Part shown: piece by piece, positions 11,401-20,975 of the stretch
How positions within the stretch are numbered: the first letter of the stretch is position 1
Layout of the letters: the number at the start of each line of letters is the position of its first letter
DNA from: Chryseobacterium sp.
Lineage (GTDB): Bacteria > Bacteroidota > Bacteroidia > Flavobacteriales > Weeksellaceae
Direction: 5' to 3'
Assembly: GCA_039594975.1 (NCBI GenBank)
Contig: JBCNMJ010000001.1
Span: 20,402-84,401 of the forward strand
Length of the DNA stretch: 64,000 nucleotides
Program-made: the position numbers and the translations under genes
Notes under the pieces: model-generated
What the model was told of the DNA's origin: nothing
The model's database searches: none
Seen by the model: the letters and a program-made list of their open reading frames with translations, nothing else

Positions 11401-13288
11401 AATTATTGACGATATCTACCAAAAGCTCAAGCTGCCCGGAAAGGTTCGTAATTTCTTCATCAATCGTTTTTGCATCGATCGCTTTCTGAAGATTGATGAT
11501 ATTTTCAGAAATGGTCTGGGCTCTTTGCTGATAGGGAGCTAATGAATTTTCCTGCAAAAGAAAATTCACACAGGCATTCGACAATTCGTCCGAACGCTCT
11601 GCCAAAGATTTTTCAAGCTGATCCAACAAAGGGACTTCCACATATTTTAATTCTCTTGCGCCGGTAATTTCTCCACGTAACGCACGAATCTGTGAAAGCA
11701 TATCAATATAATCGGTAAGCTGGGAATAATTGATCCTTTTGGTATCGTCTAGAATTTTCTCGCAAGCTGCTTTGATTTTTTCAACTGCTTCTGCGGTACT
11801 TTTCTTCTGCTCTACCACTTTTTCATATTCGTTGATCGCAGAATGCGCGATATTTCTGATTTCTTTTAAAGGAAGATCAAGATTCTGAACTTCATCATCA
11901 TTTAAAAAATAATAAGAGTCTAAAATGGCCGTCGAAAGTTTTACAATATCATCATACAATCCACTGTAAGAATCTTTCTTGTTCAAAAGAGTGATAAGCT
12001 CCTGGCTTTCGGCCATTACCCGGACAATATCTTTATTGCCAATTTTATATAAAAGGCTGTCAGATTTTTCCAGATTTGGCTGTAATTCCTTAGAGTACGG
12101 AGTTTGCCAGATTTGAGCCAAATGATGCTTGGTAGTTTCTACACTTTCACGAAGATAAATGAGTTCACCATTATTTAAAATCGTATATCCACTGCAACGA
12201 ATCGGTGTTTCAATGGTCTGTGTGATGATATTGTATGAAATCAGCTGATAGTTATTGGTTTTATCATCATAGAAAACATACATAAAGTTCTCGCCATTCG
12301 GTTCCTGAATGGTTTTCAGATAATGAAGTCTGTTAATATCCTGAGAAATCACTTTTAAACCTCCGGTCTGCAAAGCATATCCGTTGGAAAATAGAACCCC
12401 CTGACTTTCCGGAAGCAAGACTCCAGAATGTTTTAAGGTATCAACTCTGGAAACGGTTTTTTCTTTATGATTATAAATGAAATAACGTTCTGTTTCCTGA
12501 TAAGGCCTGATTTTGAAAATCACCAGATTATCTAGGTCACAGAAATGGATTTCAGCATCATCCAGATTCTGGTCTTTGTGAATGACATCTTCCGAGTAAA
12601 TTCCTTTTCCTGTTTCGGTATTGTCTTCAATTTTAATGGTAATATCACCTCCGATGGATTCTACAAATACTTTATCTGCTAAAGAAACGTGAGGAAACTT
12701 TCCGTTTCGCTGCATATCTCTCGTTGCCTTCGTCCATACAAAACCATGTTGTGGCGGATACGTGACTTCTGAAGCACTTCTTGAATCAACATAAACTAAC
12801 TGATCTTCTTTGATCAGCCATTTAAATGCTTTGATATCGGTTGTACTTTCAGACAGCTGAAAAACCATATATAAATAGTTTTCGGTGAAGTGAAAACGTG
12901 CGAAGAAAGTATTCCTATAATATTTATATAGATTTTTAAATTCATCAATAAATACTTCATCATTAATTAATGAAGAATCCTGAGGTTCAAAACGGTTGTT
13001 ATTAATTTTATAAACTGAAAAAACATCGGTGATATTAATTTCCGTTTGCAACCCGAGATGCGCATTCGACCCGAAGATCAAATTATCTTTTAATGAATAA
13101 ATATCTTTTGCGACACAATTGTGATCGGTGGAAATTCTTTCATTGGCAATTAAAGAGAAATCTACTCCGCCAAAAATATCTTTCCGTTTTTCATTAAGCC
13201 GCTGCAATCGCTGAATCAGATCACTTTTCTGATCATTCAGACGGTTCTGTATAATTTCGTATGTCCCTGAATTTAATTTTTCTGACAT
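8480..13288 (-). CDS. Large coiled-coil AAA+ ATPase (so-called DNA repair ATPase family)
   Basis: 1602 aa; Walker A SPPGYGKT, Walker B LYLDD, sensor VMAGNP; long helical middle region. Confidence 0.85.
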   Translation of the reverse strand: MSEKLNSGTYEIIQNRLNDQKSDLIQRLQRLNEKRKDIFGGVDFSLIANERISTDHNCVAKDIYSLKDNLIFGSNAHLGLQTEINITDVFSVYKINNNRFEPQDSSLINDEVFIDEFKNLYKYYRNTFFARFHFTENYLYMVFQLSESTTDIKAFKWLIKEDQLVYVDSRSASEVTYPPQHGFVWTKATRDMQRNGKFPHVSLADKVFVESIGGDITIKIEDNTETGKGIYSEDVIHKDQNLDDAEIHFCDLDNLVIFKIRPYQETERYFIYNHKEKTVSRVDTLKHSGVLLPESQGVLFSNGYALQTGGLKVISQDINRLHYLKTIQEPNGENFMYVFYDDKTNNYQLISYNIITQTIETPIRCSGYTILNNGELIYLRESVETTKHHLAQIWQTPYSKELQPNLEKSDSLLYKIGNKDIVRVMAESQELITLLNKKDSYSGLYDDIVKLSTAILDSYYFLNDDEVQNLDLPLKEIRNIAHSAINEYEKVVEQKKSTAEAVEKIKAACEKILDDTKRINYSQLTDYIDMLSQIRALRGEITGARELKYVEVPLLDQLEKSLAERSDELSNACVNFLLQENSLAPYQQRAQTISENIINLQKAIDAKTIDEEITNLSGQLELLVDIVNNLKIEDTSHSTQIIENISVIFARLNQERLELTKRKREISGKELSADFQAQMTLFDQSVINFLELSQTPEKCDEYLTKLSIQLEEMETKFVDFDEFIQKIGEKREEVYGHFQNKRVQLTESRNKRTQSLYDSAKRILKSVQTKAESFDSENEINGYFATDLMVEKVRDLSRQLSEMEDSAKSEEIQTLLKTSQQESVRKLKDKKEIYADGDHVIALGDYKFAVNQQKLDLTLVMRNAQYYYHLTGTAFYEPLQFDALSDYKEVWNQEFISENNTVKRFEYLAWNIFSKHQNIHTEHQNREFIQDFMSQHFGEGLVKGIHDEDALTIVSKLQQIHNELGLMRFTSEERALAQLFWNFLEDARKEYYQKQFEIISLISSSFTSKSGFERLNTELSKEIKAFAEQYQFFTDADFSNTAEYLKTEDRLHFIISEKASALYQTFLKDLKEKGKEMELIDQLKMLHLYPSACFSMAESALEAFVGYTGLPIEKGIINEVAVFLISQNFEEKNIRYTTYEVSLKELRSLEKDAEYILNYYEFTSRLKHYSEITVPKFRHLNELKAKWVNEKKKALKIETFQSQVLSSFVRNKLISEVYFPLIGANLAKQLGTVGNDKRTDRMGMLLLVSPPGYGKTTLMEYMADRMGLVFMKINGPSIGHDIVSTDPNEAKNAGARQELEKLNLALEMGDNVMLYLDDIQHCNPEFLQKFISLADGQRKIEGIYNGESKTYDLRSKRFCLVMAGNPYTESGEKFRIPDMLANRSDTYNLGEISGSKTDLFDLSLIENALMSNEYLTRLTNPGMQNLYELYDSIVSDNSNVDLTGNFSSNEISDFRKVLENTLKVRETVLKVNAQYISSAAMADEYRNEPTFKLQGSYRNMNKLIAQIQPILKEDEVIQIVLNHYQNESQTLTTGAEANMLKLKELMGMMNESEMERWEDIKKTFVKNKTLKGLGENDRMAQVVALLAQFSEGLEGIKDVLKN

Positions 13289-13442
13289 AGTAATGAGATA
13301 TTTGATGTTAGATACAAGATATTGAGCCTGTATCTCTTATGTTAAGAAGATGTTTTTTAGAAAAACATTTATTTTAGAAAAACTCCCAAAGTATGATTAA
13401 AAAGTATACAATGAGAGTTTTACAATATAATTTAGTTGTGTT

Positions 13443-15452
13443 TTATCTGATTGGTTTTTGGTCTATTCCCAAATGTTTCGCCATATCCATTGCTCTGTCC
13501 AGAAATCCTCTTTCCTGCTGATTGGCCATGCCGTTCAGTTTGAAGATAAGACTTGCAATGCTCATGTTTTTGATATCTTCAGAAGAAATATTGTATTTAT
13601 CAACCATTCCCATCACTTTGGAAATTAAGTTTTCTCCATCTCCCAAAAGATTTTCCTTCACTAACTGAGCATTTTCACTGTGGCTGATGAATTTATCCAA
13701 TCCTTTTCCTGCAGAAACCTGACGAACCACATTGTCGAAGAAGGTATTATCTCCACCCACAATATCGATTTTTGCAGATTTGAACGCTTCAGCCAGAACA
13801 CCAGCCTGAGCCTGTGCAATATCTTTCTGGATTGAAATCTGAGCCAGCTCCACTTCTTTTTCTTTTGCTAAGGTCAGACGGAATTCTTCGTGATCTTTTC
13901 CGGCATCGTTCAGCTTCTTCATAGCTTCCGCTTTTTCGGTAATTCCTGCCGCTTCTGCCAATGCTTTTTCTTTGATGACTTCAGCCTGAGCAATTCCTTC
14001 TTTTTTGATGGCATCCGCTTTTTTCTCGATCACGACAGCTTCTACAATTCCCTGTCTTTCTAAAGCTTCTGCTTTTGCCTGCATTACCTGAGCTTCAGAT
14101 AAACCTACCGTAGCTTCTTCTTTTGCTTTTGCATCAGCAATGATCTTACGAGCTTCTGCTTCTTTTTCTGCAGCATCTCTTTTTGCCTGTGCTTCAATTA
14201 CATATTTCTGAGCATCTTTTTCTGCTGCTAATTTTCTTGCTTCGGCAGCTCTTGTTTCTCCGATCAATTTCTTTTCCGCTTCCTGAGTTGCTACGGTTAT
14301 TTCAACCTGCTTATTTCTTTCTGCAGTTTTGAAAGCTTCAAGATCTTTGATTCCCTGCTGTTCCTCCACCACAGTTTTCTCCATTGTCAAACGCCCACGG
14401 ATTGCATCCTGAATACTTTTCTTCTCCAGCTCGATTGCTTTATCTTTTTCGATCTGTGCCAAAGAAACAATTCGCTCTCTTTCTGTTGCTTCCAACATTT
14501 TGTCTTTCTGCACTCTTTCCGTTTCTACCAAATCGGCACGTTCTTTATTTTTAGCAGCAATAACCACCTGTCTCTGTTTATTTTCTTCGGCTATCTGAAG
14601 CTTTTCTTCTGTGGCAATACGAACGGTTTCATATTTCAACCTTTCTTCTTCATCCACTTTTAAAATTTCTGCATTTTCACGTGCTTTGATATTAGCTACT
14701 TCTCTTTTCTGAGATTCTTCTTTTTCAGCCAATTGCTTTTCCAGTTCTAAAATCGCTTCACGGGCTTCAACATTTTGCTTCGTAATGGTTTTCTCCTCAT
14801 CTCTGCGAACCTGATTGGCTTTAATATTCTGAGTTGCTGTTAATTCAGTAATTTTTTTAATCCCTTCAGAATCAAGGATATTGTCTTTATCTAAGTTTTC
14901 AATTGAGGTCTGTTCCAGGTAATCGATAGCACAGTCATCTAACACATACCCGTTCAAATCTGTCCCGATAATATCTAAAATTTCCTGACGGAATTCGCTT
15001 CTTGCTTCGTACAGTTCAATGAATTCAAATTTTTTACCTACTGTTTTTAAGGCTTCTGAGAATTTGGCTTCAAATAATTCCCTAAGAGTATTGATATCTG
15101 AAGCTCTCTGACAACCGATCGTCTGACCAACGTTTACAATATCATCTACAGATTTATTGACTCTGATGAAGAAAGCCACCTGAATATCGGCTCTCATATT
15201 ATCTTTACAGATCAACCCCGCTCTTCCCTCTCTCGAAATTTCCAGCTTTTTCACTGAAATATCCATAGATTCCATTCTGTGAATGATCGGGATTACAATT
15301 CCCGCGTTGAAAAAGACTTTTGTTCCTCCATATCCCGTTCTTAAAATAACGATTCCCTGTACTGTTTTTTTATACATTGAAAGAATCCAGAAAATTAATC
15401 CCACGGACGCGATTACCGCAACAACAATTCCTACAATTAAAGGCATATTCAT
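13443..15452 (-). CDS. Flotillin/SPFH protein (YqiK-like)
   Basis: N-terminal TM, SPFH domain (GLICKDNMRADI), AE-rich coiled coil. Confidence 0.9.
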   Translation of the reverse strand: MNMPLIVGIVVAVIASVGLIFWILSMYKKTVQGIVILRTGYGGTKVFFNAGIVIPIIHRMESMDISVKKLEISREGRAGLICKDNMRADIQVAFFIRVNKSVDDIVNVGQTIGCQRASDINTLRELFEAKFSEALKTVGKKFEFIELYEARSEFRQEILDIIGTDLNGYVLDDCAIDYLEQTSIENLDKDNILDSEGIKKITELTATQNIKANQVRRDEEKTITKQNVEAREAILELEKQLAEKEESQKREVANIKARENAEILKVDEEERLKYETVRIATEEKLQIAEENKQRQVVIAAKNKERADLVETERVQKDKMLEATERERIVSLAQIEKDKAIELEKKSIQDAIRGRLTMEKTVVEEQQGIKDLEAFKTAERNKQVEITVATQEAEKKLIGETRAAEARKLAAEKDAQKYVIEAQAKRDAAEKEAEARKIIADAKAKEEATVGLSEAQVMQAKAEALERQGIVEAVVIEKKADAIKKEGIAQAEVIKEKALAEAAGITEKAEAMKKLNDAGKDHEEFRLTLAKEKEVELAQISIQKDIAQAQAGVLAEAFKSAKIDIVGGDNTFFDNVVRQVSAGKGLDKFISHSENAQLVKENLLGDGENLISKVMGMVDKYNISSEDIKNMSIASLIFKLNGMANQQERGFLDRAMDMAKHLGIDQKPIR

Positions 15453-15558
15453 AATGTTATAGTTTATATATTTTAATGTGTTTTTTATTTAAATTTTAAA
15501 GAAATAAATCAAGGATAAAATTCAAAATTTCCATGAAAATCATTAGCATTTTATTTTT

Positions 15559-16206
15559 TTAAAGGTGTAATTCTTTAGCTACATAGTATATTCTTTTATC
15601 CGGATCTTCATCTACAATGACTACACGGTCTCCATGTTCTATCATTTCGCCATTTTTACTTTTCACCATAAGCGTCATAGGATCACTTCCGATAAAAACT
15701 TCCAGTATTCCTGTTTTTGTTCCGTTGATACTGGATTTCATTCTTCCCTCCCGCCCAAAAAAATCATGCGGACGCTCTCCTTTATGATTAATTTCTTTAA
15801 AGAAAGGATTTAACGGTTTGAGAATAATTTTTGTCAATAATATACTTCCAATCAACAAAGGTAATATGATAACGATTCCCAACCAGGTAGGCATTGGCAG
15901 AAACATCGTAAGATAAATCGAGCCCAACCATGTAAAAAGTAATGTCAGCGTCAGAAAATAAGTCATCGGAACGACATCCAGATTCAAAAACTTCAGAAAC
16001 TGAACCCACGCCGAAGGATCTTCAGGAACATGAACATGACCATCCGGTGCATCAAAATCTGTATCAATATCGGCATCTATCCCCACATCAATATCCAATC
16101 CTGTAACAATCGTAAACACCCAGTACAATGCCGAAAGAATCAGCAAGACACTAAGAACCGTATTTACCGGAGAAAAAGCTACATTCAAAAATTCCTGAAA
16201 ATTCAT
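15559..16206 (-). CDS. YqiJ/DUF1449-like NfeD-type membrane protein
   Basis: TM helices, acidic D-repeat loop, C-terminal OB-like region; adjacent to flotillin. Confidence 0.75.
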   Translation of the reverse strand: MNFQEFLNVAFSPVNTVLSVLLILSALYWVFTIVTGLDIDVGIDADIDTDFDAPDGHVHVPEDPSAWVQFLKFLNLDVVPMTYFLTLTLLFTWLGSIYLTMFLPMPTWLGIVIILPLLIGSILLTKIILKPLNPFFKEINHKGERPHDFFGREGRMKSSINGTKTGILEVFIGSDPMTLMVKSKNGEMIEHGDRVVIVDEDPDKRIYYVAKELHL

Positions 16207-16208
16207 CG

Positions 16209-16910
16209 TTATTCTTTTTTAAGGGATTCCTTTAATTTTTTCAAAGCATCCTCAGCTTGTGTATCATCATTTTTTACTACGGCATCAATTTCATCATCAA
16301 TCGATTTCCCTGCATTTGATATATCTAAATATGCTTCCGCTAAAGCTTCCTGTTGGACAACTCTCTCTTTTAACTTTTCGAGCATATTGACTGTAGAATG
16401 CGTATCGATCTGAGTCATTTGCTTATTAATATCCTTTGTCGCTTCACTCACCTGAACTCTAGCTTTTAAGGTTTTAAGCTCATTTTCCCATTTAGAAATA
16501 TTCGATTTCAGCGTATTGATATTGGTCTGCATCTTTTCACATTCTGCATGAAGCTTTTCATGTTCTTTATTAAGATGTACTGCATTTTCTTGAGCCGCGG
16601 TCTGTTTTTTTAGCGCTTCTTTTGCCAGTCGATCTGCCTCTTCTGCAGAAACTTCTCCTTTTTCAGCTTTTTGAACCAAAACAACAGCTTTACCATAATA
16701 ATCTTTCGCAGTCTGATCTTCCCTCTCCGATTCATTTTTTTTACGGATCGACAGTGCTTTCAGTTGAGCCAAAGCCTCAACGCTTTTTGTCAACTGCTCT
16801 TTCATATCTCTTATTCCTTGTTCTGTAAGTTTAATCGGATCTTCAAATCCGTCGATTGCTGAGTGAATTTCAGCCTTTCCTATATTAAACAGTCTTTTAA
16901 AAATATTCAT
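16209..16910 (-). CDS. pspA: PspA/IM30 family protein
   Basis: MNIFKRLFNIGKAEIHSAIDGFEDPIKL...QGIRDM pattern; coiled coil; 233 aa. Confidence 0.9.
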   Translation of the reverse strand: MNIFKRLFNIGKAEIHSAIDGFEDPIKLTEQGIRDMKEQLTKSVEALAQLKALSIRKKNESEREDQTAKDYYGKAVVLVQKAEKGEVSAEEADRLAKEALKKQTAAQENAVHLNKEHEKLHAECEKMQTNINTLKSNISKWENELKTLKARVQVSEATKDINKQMTQIDTHSTVNMLEKLKERVVQQEALAEAYLDISNAGKSIDDEIDAVVKNDDTQAEDALKKLKESLKKE

Positions 16911-16925
16911 TTCAATATTTTTTAT

Positions 16926-17321
16926 TTATTTACTCATATTAATCATTTCCGTACTGAATTCTCCTACAAGAATCCCCAGAGAATTGATGGAAGCCATCAC
17001 TTCATTCTGTGCCATATTATCTGTTGGAAGTGTATCCCTGAAGATTACCCTTTTTCCCGATCCGTCCAATACAAAAGCTCCGTGCACAATATCCCTGTTT
17101 TTCTGCAACAAAGTTCTGTAGATCGACTCTGACGGATTTTTAATTTCAAAAAGGAACTGCTCCATGATTAATATAGAATCCGAAATAATCAGAATCATAT
17201 TCTTAATCCCATGCGATTCTTTTTCAATCATTAAAATCGACTGACTTTCATCTTCAAAGGTTACATTAAACTCATAATCCAACAGCCACTCCTTTACTTT
17301 TTCAAAGTTTTTATTCTTCAT
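16926..17321 (-). CDS. YjfI/YbjN (CesT-like) family protein
   Basis: LLQKNRDIVHGAFVLD motif; first gene of the pspA operon; likely start MKNK at 17321 (a -7 box overlaps the ORF-track start). Confidence 0.7.
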   Translation of the reverse strand: MKNKNFEKVKEWLLDYEFNVTFEDESQSILMIEKESHGIKNMILIISDSILIMEQFLFEIKNPSESIYRTLLQKNRDIVHGAFVLDGSGKRVIFRDTLPTDNMAQNEVMASINSLGILVGEFSTEMINMSK

Positions 17322-17441
17322 ATTTGATTTTTTATTCACGATTGTATGATACAAATATAGAATTAAATTTTATGATTGCAAATATTTTTAGCAATTATTT
17401 TTAACATTTTCTCTTATATTTGCAAAAAGGATTAGATAGTT

Positions 17442-18047
17442 ATGAGTTTTTTCGGCGTAAATATCAAAAAAATAAGACAGGTTAAAGGTCTGAGTCAGAA
17501 AGCATTTGCAGATCTCTTCGAACTAAATCGAGGCGTAATAAGCGCCTACGAAGAAGGACGTGCAGAGCCAAAGATAGAGACTGTTCTGAAAGTTGCTCAT
17601 TATTTTAGCCTTGATCTCGACGACTTTCTTACCAAAACCCTTCAGGTAAATCATTTAGCCAGTCCATCCAATATAGACAGCCTGATGTTTGTAAATGAAG
17701 CTCAGAACCCTTCAGAACCTGCTCTTCAGAAACAGGAGATTTCCGCAGAAGAAAAAATAATGCAAAAAATTTTAGCAAATTCAGATTCCGTCTATGAATT
17801 CACCGCAGCCAGCCCAACTTTTTCACATTATCAGACTGGCGATATTCTTTTTTTAAAGCTGGCCAATCCTCAAAATGAAATATCCCAGACTCTTTATACT
17901 TTAAAAAACGGAAATCTGAAAATGGTTACAGATATAAACTCCAAAAACAAAGAATTGTATTATAAGATAATCGGTTACTTTTCGTTTGAACAAAAAAATA
18001 TCCTCGCCAGTATTTTGGAAAGGATAGAAAATTTAGAGAGGAAATAA
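17442..18047 (+). CDS. XRE-family HTH transcriptional regulator
   Basis: NIKKIRQVKGLSQKAFA...AYEEGRAEP; divergent from the pspA operon. Confidence 0.85.
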   Translation: MSFFGVNIKKIRQVKGLSQKAFADLFELNRGVISAYEEGRAEPKIETVLKVAHYFSLDLDDFLTKTLQVNHLASPSNIDSLMFVNEAQNPSEPALQKQEISAEEKIMQKILANSDSVYEFTAASPTFSHYQTGDILFLKLANPQNEISQTLYTLKNGNLKMVTDINSKNKELYYKIIGYFSFEQKNILASILERIENLERK

Positions 18048-18177
18048 AAGGTAATTATCGAAAAAAGTAATGGGGCTGCGTTATGCCGGAGTCGAACCGG
18101 ATAATCTTGCCGGAGTAACCGACTACATTATTCCTCCCCTTCCAATGGTAACGAAGTAACTTTTTTCTACGACACTT
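18048..18177 (-). ncRNA. Y-RNA-like unit A (T-arm-containing insert)
   Basis: 5' AAGUGUCGUAGAAAAAAGUUACUUCG; 3' ACUUUUUUCGAUAAUUACCUU; internal CCGG-UUCGACU-CCGG. Confidence 0.7.
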
Positions 18178-18190
18178 CTATTATTTTTAA

Positions 18191-18329
18191 ACAAGGCAAC
18201 AATCAAAAAGCGTAATGTCGTGCTCTAACCAACTGAGCTACTTTTCCTATATCATTTTGTGTTTTATGGTGGAAAAGACGGGAATCGAACCCGTGACTCC
18301 GTCGTGATGAGCGAAGTAACACTATTTTA
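18191..18329 (-). ncRNA. Y-RNA-like unit B (YrlA-type circularly permuted tRNA)
   Basis: ACAAG/CUUGU closing stem; order T arm (ACGGG UUCGAUU CCCGU), loop-closed acceptor stem (CUUUUCC/GGAAAAG), D arm (GCUCAGUUGGUUAGAGC). Confidence 0.85.
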
Positions 18330-18348
18330 CGGCACTTGTTTCTATCTT

Positions 18349-19188
18349 TTAAATTTCTTCTTCAGCAATAAATGTTTTTACAATCGGACTTACCGTTGTT
18401 CCTTTTGGATGATAATTCATACCGAAACTTGACCAGCCCGAAGACCAATAGAGCATCATTTCTTTAAGATAGGGAACATCCTTAGTTTCATCATATTTAA
18501 AATTCTTATCAAATATTTGTTGGATTTCTGGTAATACCTCAGGATAAAACATCTGATCTTCTTCATCAAAAACGTATTCATAAATATCAAGATGATTCCT
18601 AATTTCATTCAGCAAATAAGTTCTGAAATCCCAACCCACCACAATAATATCTGAACCCCAACTGGAAATTATCGGTTTCCATTTTAAATTATCGTCACCT
18701 ACCACGAAGCGGTGGTTGTAAATTGGCAAAAGTTGTGGAATTTTAGAAAACCATTCTTGAAAAATTTTTTCCCTTTCTTCTTTGGATGATGGTTTTTTCC
18801 CCCATGATTTCAGCCAAACCTTATTAAGCCCTTCAACATCCGAATAAAACCAGTCCGAAAGACCATGAAGCCTTTCCACGATTTCCTGTTCATCTACCAA
18901 CCAATTATAAAACCATGTGCTTTCTTCAAAAATCACCACATCATTTTCACCATTATACTCTATGATTTCTTTCTTATCAATGGCATGAAGGATTTTTAAG
19001 AATTCTTTGTGTTCATTATTAAATTTTACGCCATACTTCTGTTCAACTTCATCAATCTGTGGCTCTGTAAGAGGCTGCCATTTTGCACTATAAAATTCAT
19101 GCTCGCGCCAGTCTTCACTCGCCCACAGGTTTTCTGTACGTTCTCTTACCCAATATAAGAAATCAGTTAAATTTTCAGGTATAATCAT
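18349..19188 (-). CDS. SMI1/KNR4 (SUKH)-like protein
   Basis: PLTEPQIDEVEQKYGVKFNNEHKEFL N-terminal SUKH-like signature; LLPIYNHRF. Confidence 0.65.
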   Translation of the reverse strand: MIIPENLTDFLYWVRERTENLWASEDWREHEFYSAKWQPLTEPQIDEVEQKYGVKFNNEHKEFLKILHAIDKKEIIEYNGENDVVIFEESTWFYNWLVDEQEIVERLHGLSDWFYSDVEGLNKVWLKSWGKKPSSKEEREKIFQEWFSKIPQLLPIYNHRFVVGDDNLKWKPIISSWGSDIIVVGWDFRTYLLNEIRNHLDIYEYVFDEEDQMFYPEVLPEIQQIFDKNFKYDETKDVPYLKEMMLYWSSGWSSFGMNYHPKGTTVSPIVKTFIAEEEI

Positions 19189-19226
19189 TGTATTACAGGA
19201 TTTCTAATTTTTTATATATAAAACAG

Positions 19227-19446
<220 letters not shown>

Positions 19447-19462
19447 GCAAATTTTTAAATAA

Positions 19463-19576
19463 AAAAGAGGCAATAGACGAAAAAACTCTTTATATAAACC
19501 ATTTTCAGATCTATTCTGGAGTCGAACCAACATCATAAGATTAACCGAAGTAAGCTTTCTCTAACGGCACTCTTTT
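19463..19576 (-). ncRNA. Y-RNA-like unit D (T arm plus closed acceptor-like stem, no clear D arm)
   Basis: AAAGAG/CUCUUU closing stem; GUGCCGU...UUACUUCG; UGG-UUCGACU-CCA. Confidence 0.75.
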
Positions 19577-19584
19577 ATTGTTCA

Positions 19585-19726
19585 ATCAAGGTAATAATTA
19601 TGGAATCTTCCGTGCATTTGCTCTACCGTCTGAGCTACTTCTCCTTTCCGAGGGAAAAGGCAGGAATCGAACCTGCGACCCAATGTTTACTCAATCTCGA
19701 AGTATGATTCTAAAACGACACTTGAT
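19585..19726 (-). ncRNA. Y-RNA-like unit E (YrlA-type circularly permuted tRNA)
   Basis: AUCAAG/CUUGAU closing stem; GCAGG UUCGAUU CCUGC, CUUUUCC/GGAGAAG, GCUCAGACGGUAGAGC in permuted order. Confidence 0.85.
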
Positions 19727-19751
19727 TTTTATTTTTAATTAATTATTTTAA

Positions 19752-19823
19752 AATCGAGCAATTTTTAAAAAGAGATTTAAATTCAATGTAAAGTAGAAGT
19801 AACTCTTTTTTACGGCATCGATT
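19752..19823 (-). ncRNA. Y-RNA-like unit F (minimal)
   Basis: AAUCGA/UCGAUU closing stem; UGCCGU, AAAAAGAG/CUCUUUUU stem, UUACUUC; short AU-rich loop. Confidence 0.7.
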
Positions 19824-19830
19824 AATTTTA

Positions 19831-19957
19831 AGTAAGGTAAAAAATCAAACAGAACTTGTGTACAGCACGTTGCCGATTACGCCATCCAAATTTTGGAACA
19901 GGATTCGAACCTGTATAACTGCCCCTAACGAAGTAACTCTATTTTACGACACTTACT
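19831..19957 (-). ncRNA. Y-RNA-like unit G (permuted tRNA with short acceptor stem)
   Basis: AGUAAG/CUUACU closing stem; ACAGG UUCGAAU CCUGU; UCCA/UGGA; GCGU-AAUCGGCA-ACGU. Confidence 0.8.
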
Positions 19958-19993
19958 TTTTTAAGTTTTTATGGTTATTGTTTTTTATTGAAG

Positions 19994-20029
19994 CAAAATT
20001 ATTACTCTAGTACGCATTCTTTTTACGCA
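19994..20029 (-). promoter_or_regulatory. Direct-repeat operator plus -7 box, internal promoter of the Y-RNA array
   Basis: TGCGTA-N7-TGCGTA-N9-TAATTTTG on the minus strand. Confidence 0.75.
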
Positions 20030-20047
20030 GTTGAAATTTATTTTAAA

Positions 20048-20131
20048 AACCAAGTAACAATTTTTAAGAGTTTTTGAATGTTTTCAAATTGGAAGTTTGA
20101 CGATGAAACTCTTATGATAACGACATTGGTT
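20048..20131 (-). ncRNA. Y-RNA-like unit H (minimal)
   Basis: AACCAA/UUGGUU closing stem; UGUCGU; UAAGAGU/ACUCUUA stem; variant UUUCAUCG. Confidence 0.65.
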
Positions 20132-20137
20132 AGTTTA

Positions 20138-20209
20138 AACCGAGCGATATAGCGAAAAGACTCTTATTCAAGTGGAAATCGAAGGAATTCTTTTCTTACG
20201 GCATCGGTT
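20138..20209 (-). ncRNA. Y-RNA-like unit I (minimal)
   Basis: AACCGA/UCGGUU closing stem; UGCCGU; GAAAAGA/UCUUUUC stem; variant UUCCUUCG. Confidence 0.65.
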
Positions 20210-20217
20210 GTTTTTCT

Positions 20218-20249
20218 TGTCATTGCGAGGAATGTAGCGATGAAGCAAT
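20218..20249. repeat. Partial flavobacterial REP-like repeat
   Basis: tgtcattgcgagg...gatgaagcaat resembles the gtcatt-type repeats elsewhere in this window. Confidence 0.45.
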
Positions 20250-20251
20250 AT

Positions 20252-20944
20252 TTAGTATTTAAATAGCATTTCATTAAAGTTTGGAATTATTTTTTTAGCT
20301 AAATTTAATACTTCTTGATTTTGCTCTCGAATATAAATTTGCTTTAATATATCTGTTAAAAAGTTATTTAAATCATCCGTTATTTTAAAGAATTCAATAA
20401 TCATTTCTCCAGTTTTATCTCCATCGAATTTAATTATTGTATTATAGTATAAATCTACATTATCACTAATATGACCACTAATATTGTTTCTAATCGTTTT
20501 CATATCCGTCTCATATCTATACTCTTTCTTAAAAGTCTTAATTGAACTGTTAATATTTACAAAATTTTCTTTGAGATGAGGAAGAGCTTTTTCGGAAAGT
20601 ATATTCAAGAATTCTTTATATTTATTAAATGTTTTAAAACTTTCAAAAATAGTTAAGTAAACATTCTTAATTATATAAATCTTTTCCCAATTATTTGAAG
20701 CATTATAAAGCATTTTACTAGATACGGCCAAATCTAGAGCCGCAATAGCAAACAATGAAACCACATCATTTATTTTTCTAACTAAATCAAAACCACCTAA
20801 ATACAAATCAATATTATTCGTATCAAAATGTGTTTTTACACAATCAATTACTTTATTTACCTTCATTGCTGTATCTAACACAACTGTAAAAACAGTAACT
20901 GTGGAATCTGCAGAATCATTAAAGCTTTTACCTATGATTTTCAT
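20252..20944 (-). CDS. Hypothetical protein, possible HEPN RNase
   Basis: 230 aa, helical, very AT-rich; IRNNISGH fits Rx4-6H. Confidence 0.5.
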   Translation of the reverse strand: MKIIGKSFNDSADSTVTVFTVVLDTAMKVNKVIDCVKTHFDTNNIDLYLGGFDLVRKINDVVSLFAIAALDLAVSSKMLYNASNNWEKIYIIKNVYLTIFESFKTFNKYKEFLNILSEKALPHLKENFVNINSSIKTFKKEYRYETDMKTIRNNISGHISDNVDLYYNTIIKFDGDKTGEMIIEFFKITDDLNNFLTDILKQIYIREQNQEVLNLAKKIIPNFNEMLFKY

Positions 20945-20975
20945 ACTAACTATTTTTATTTAACTTTCTTTATTA

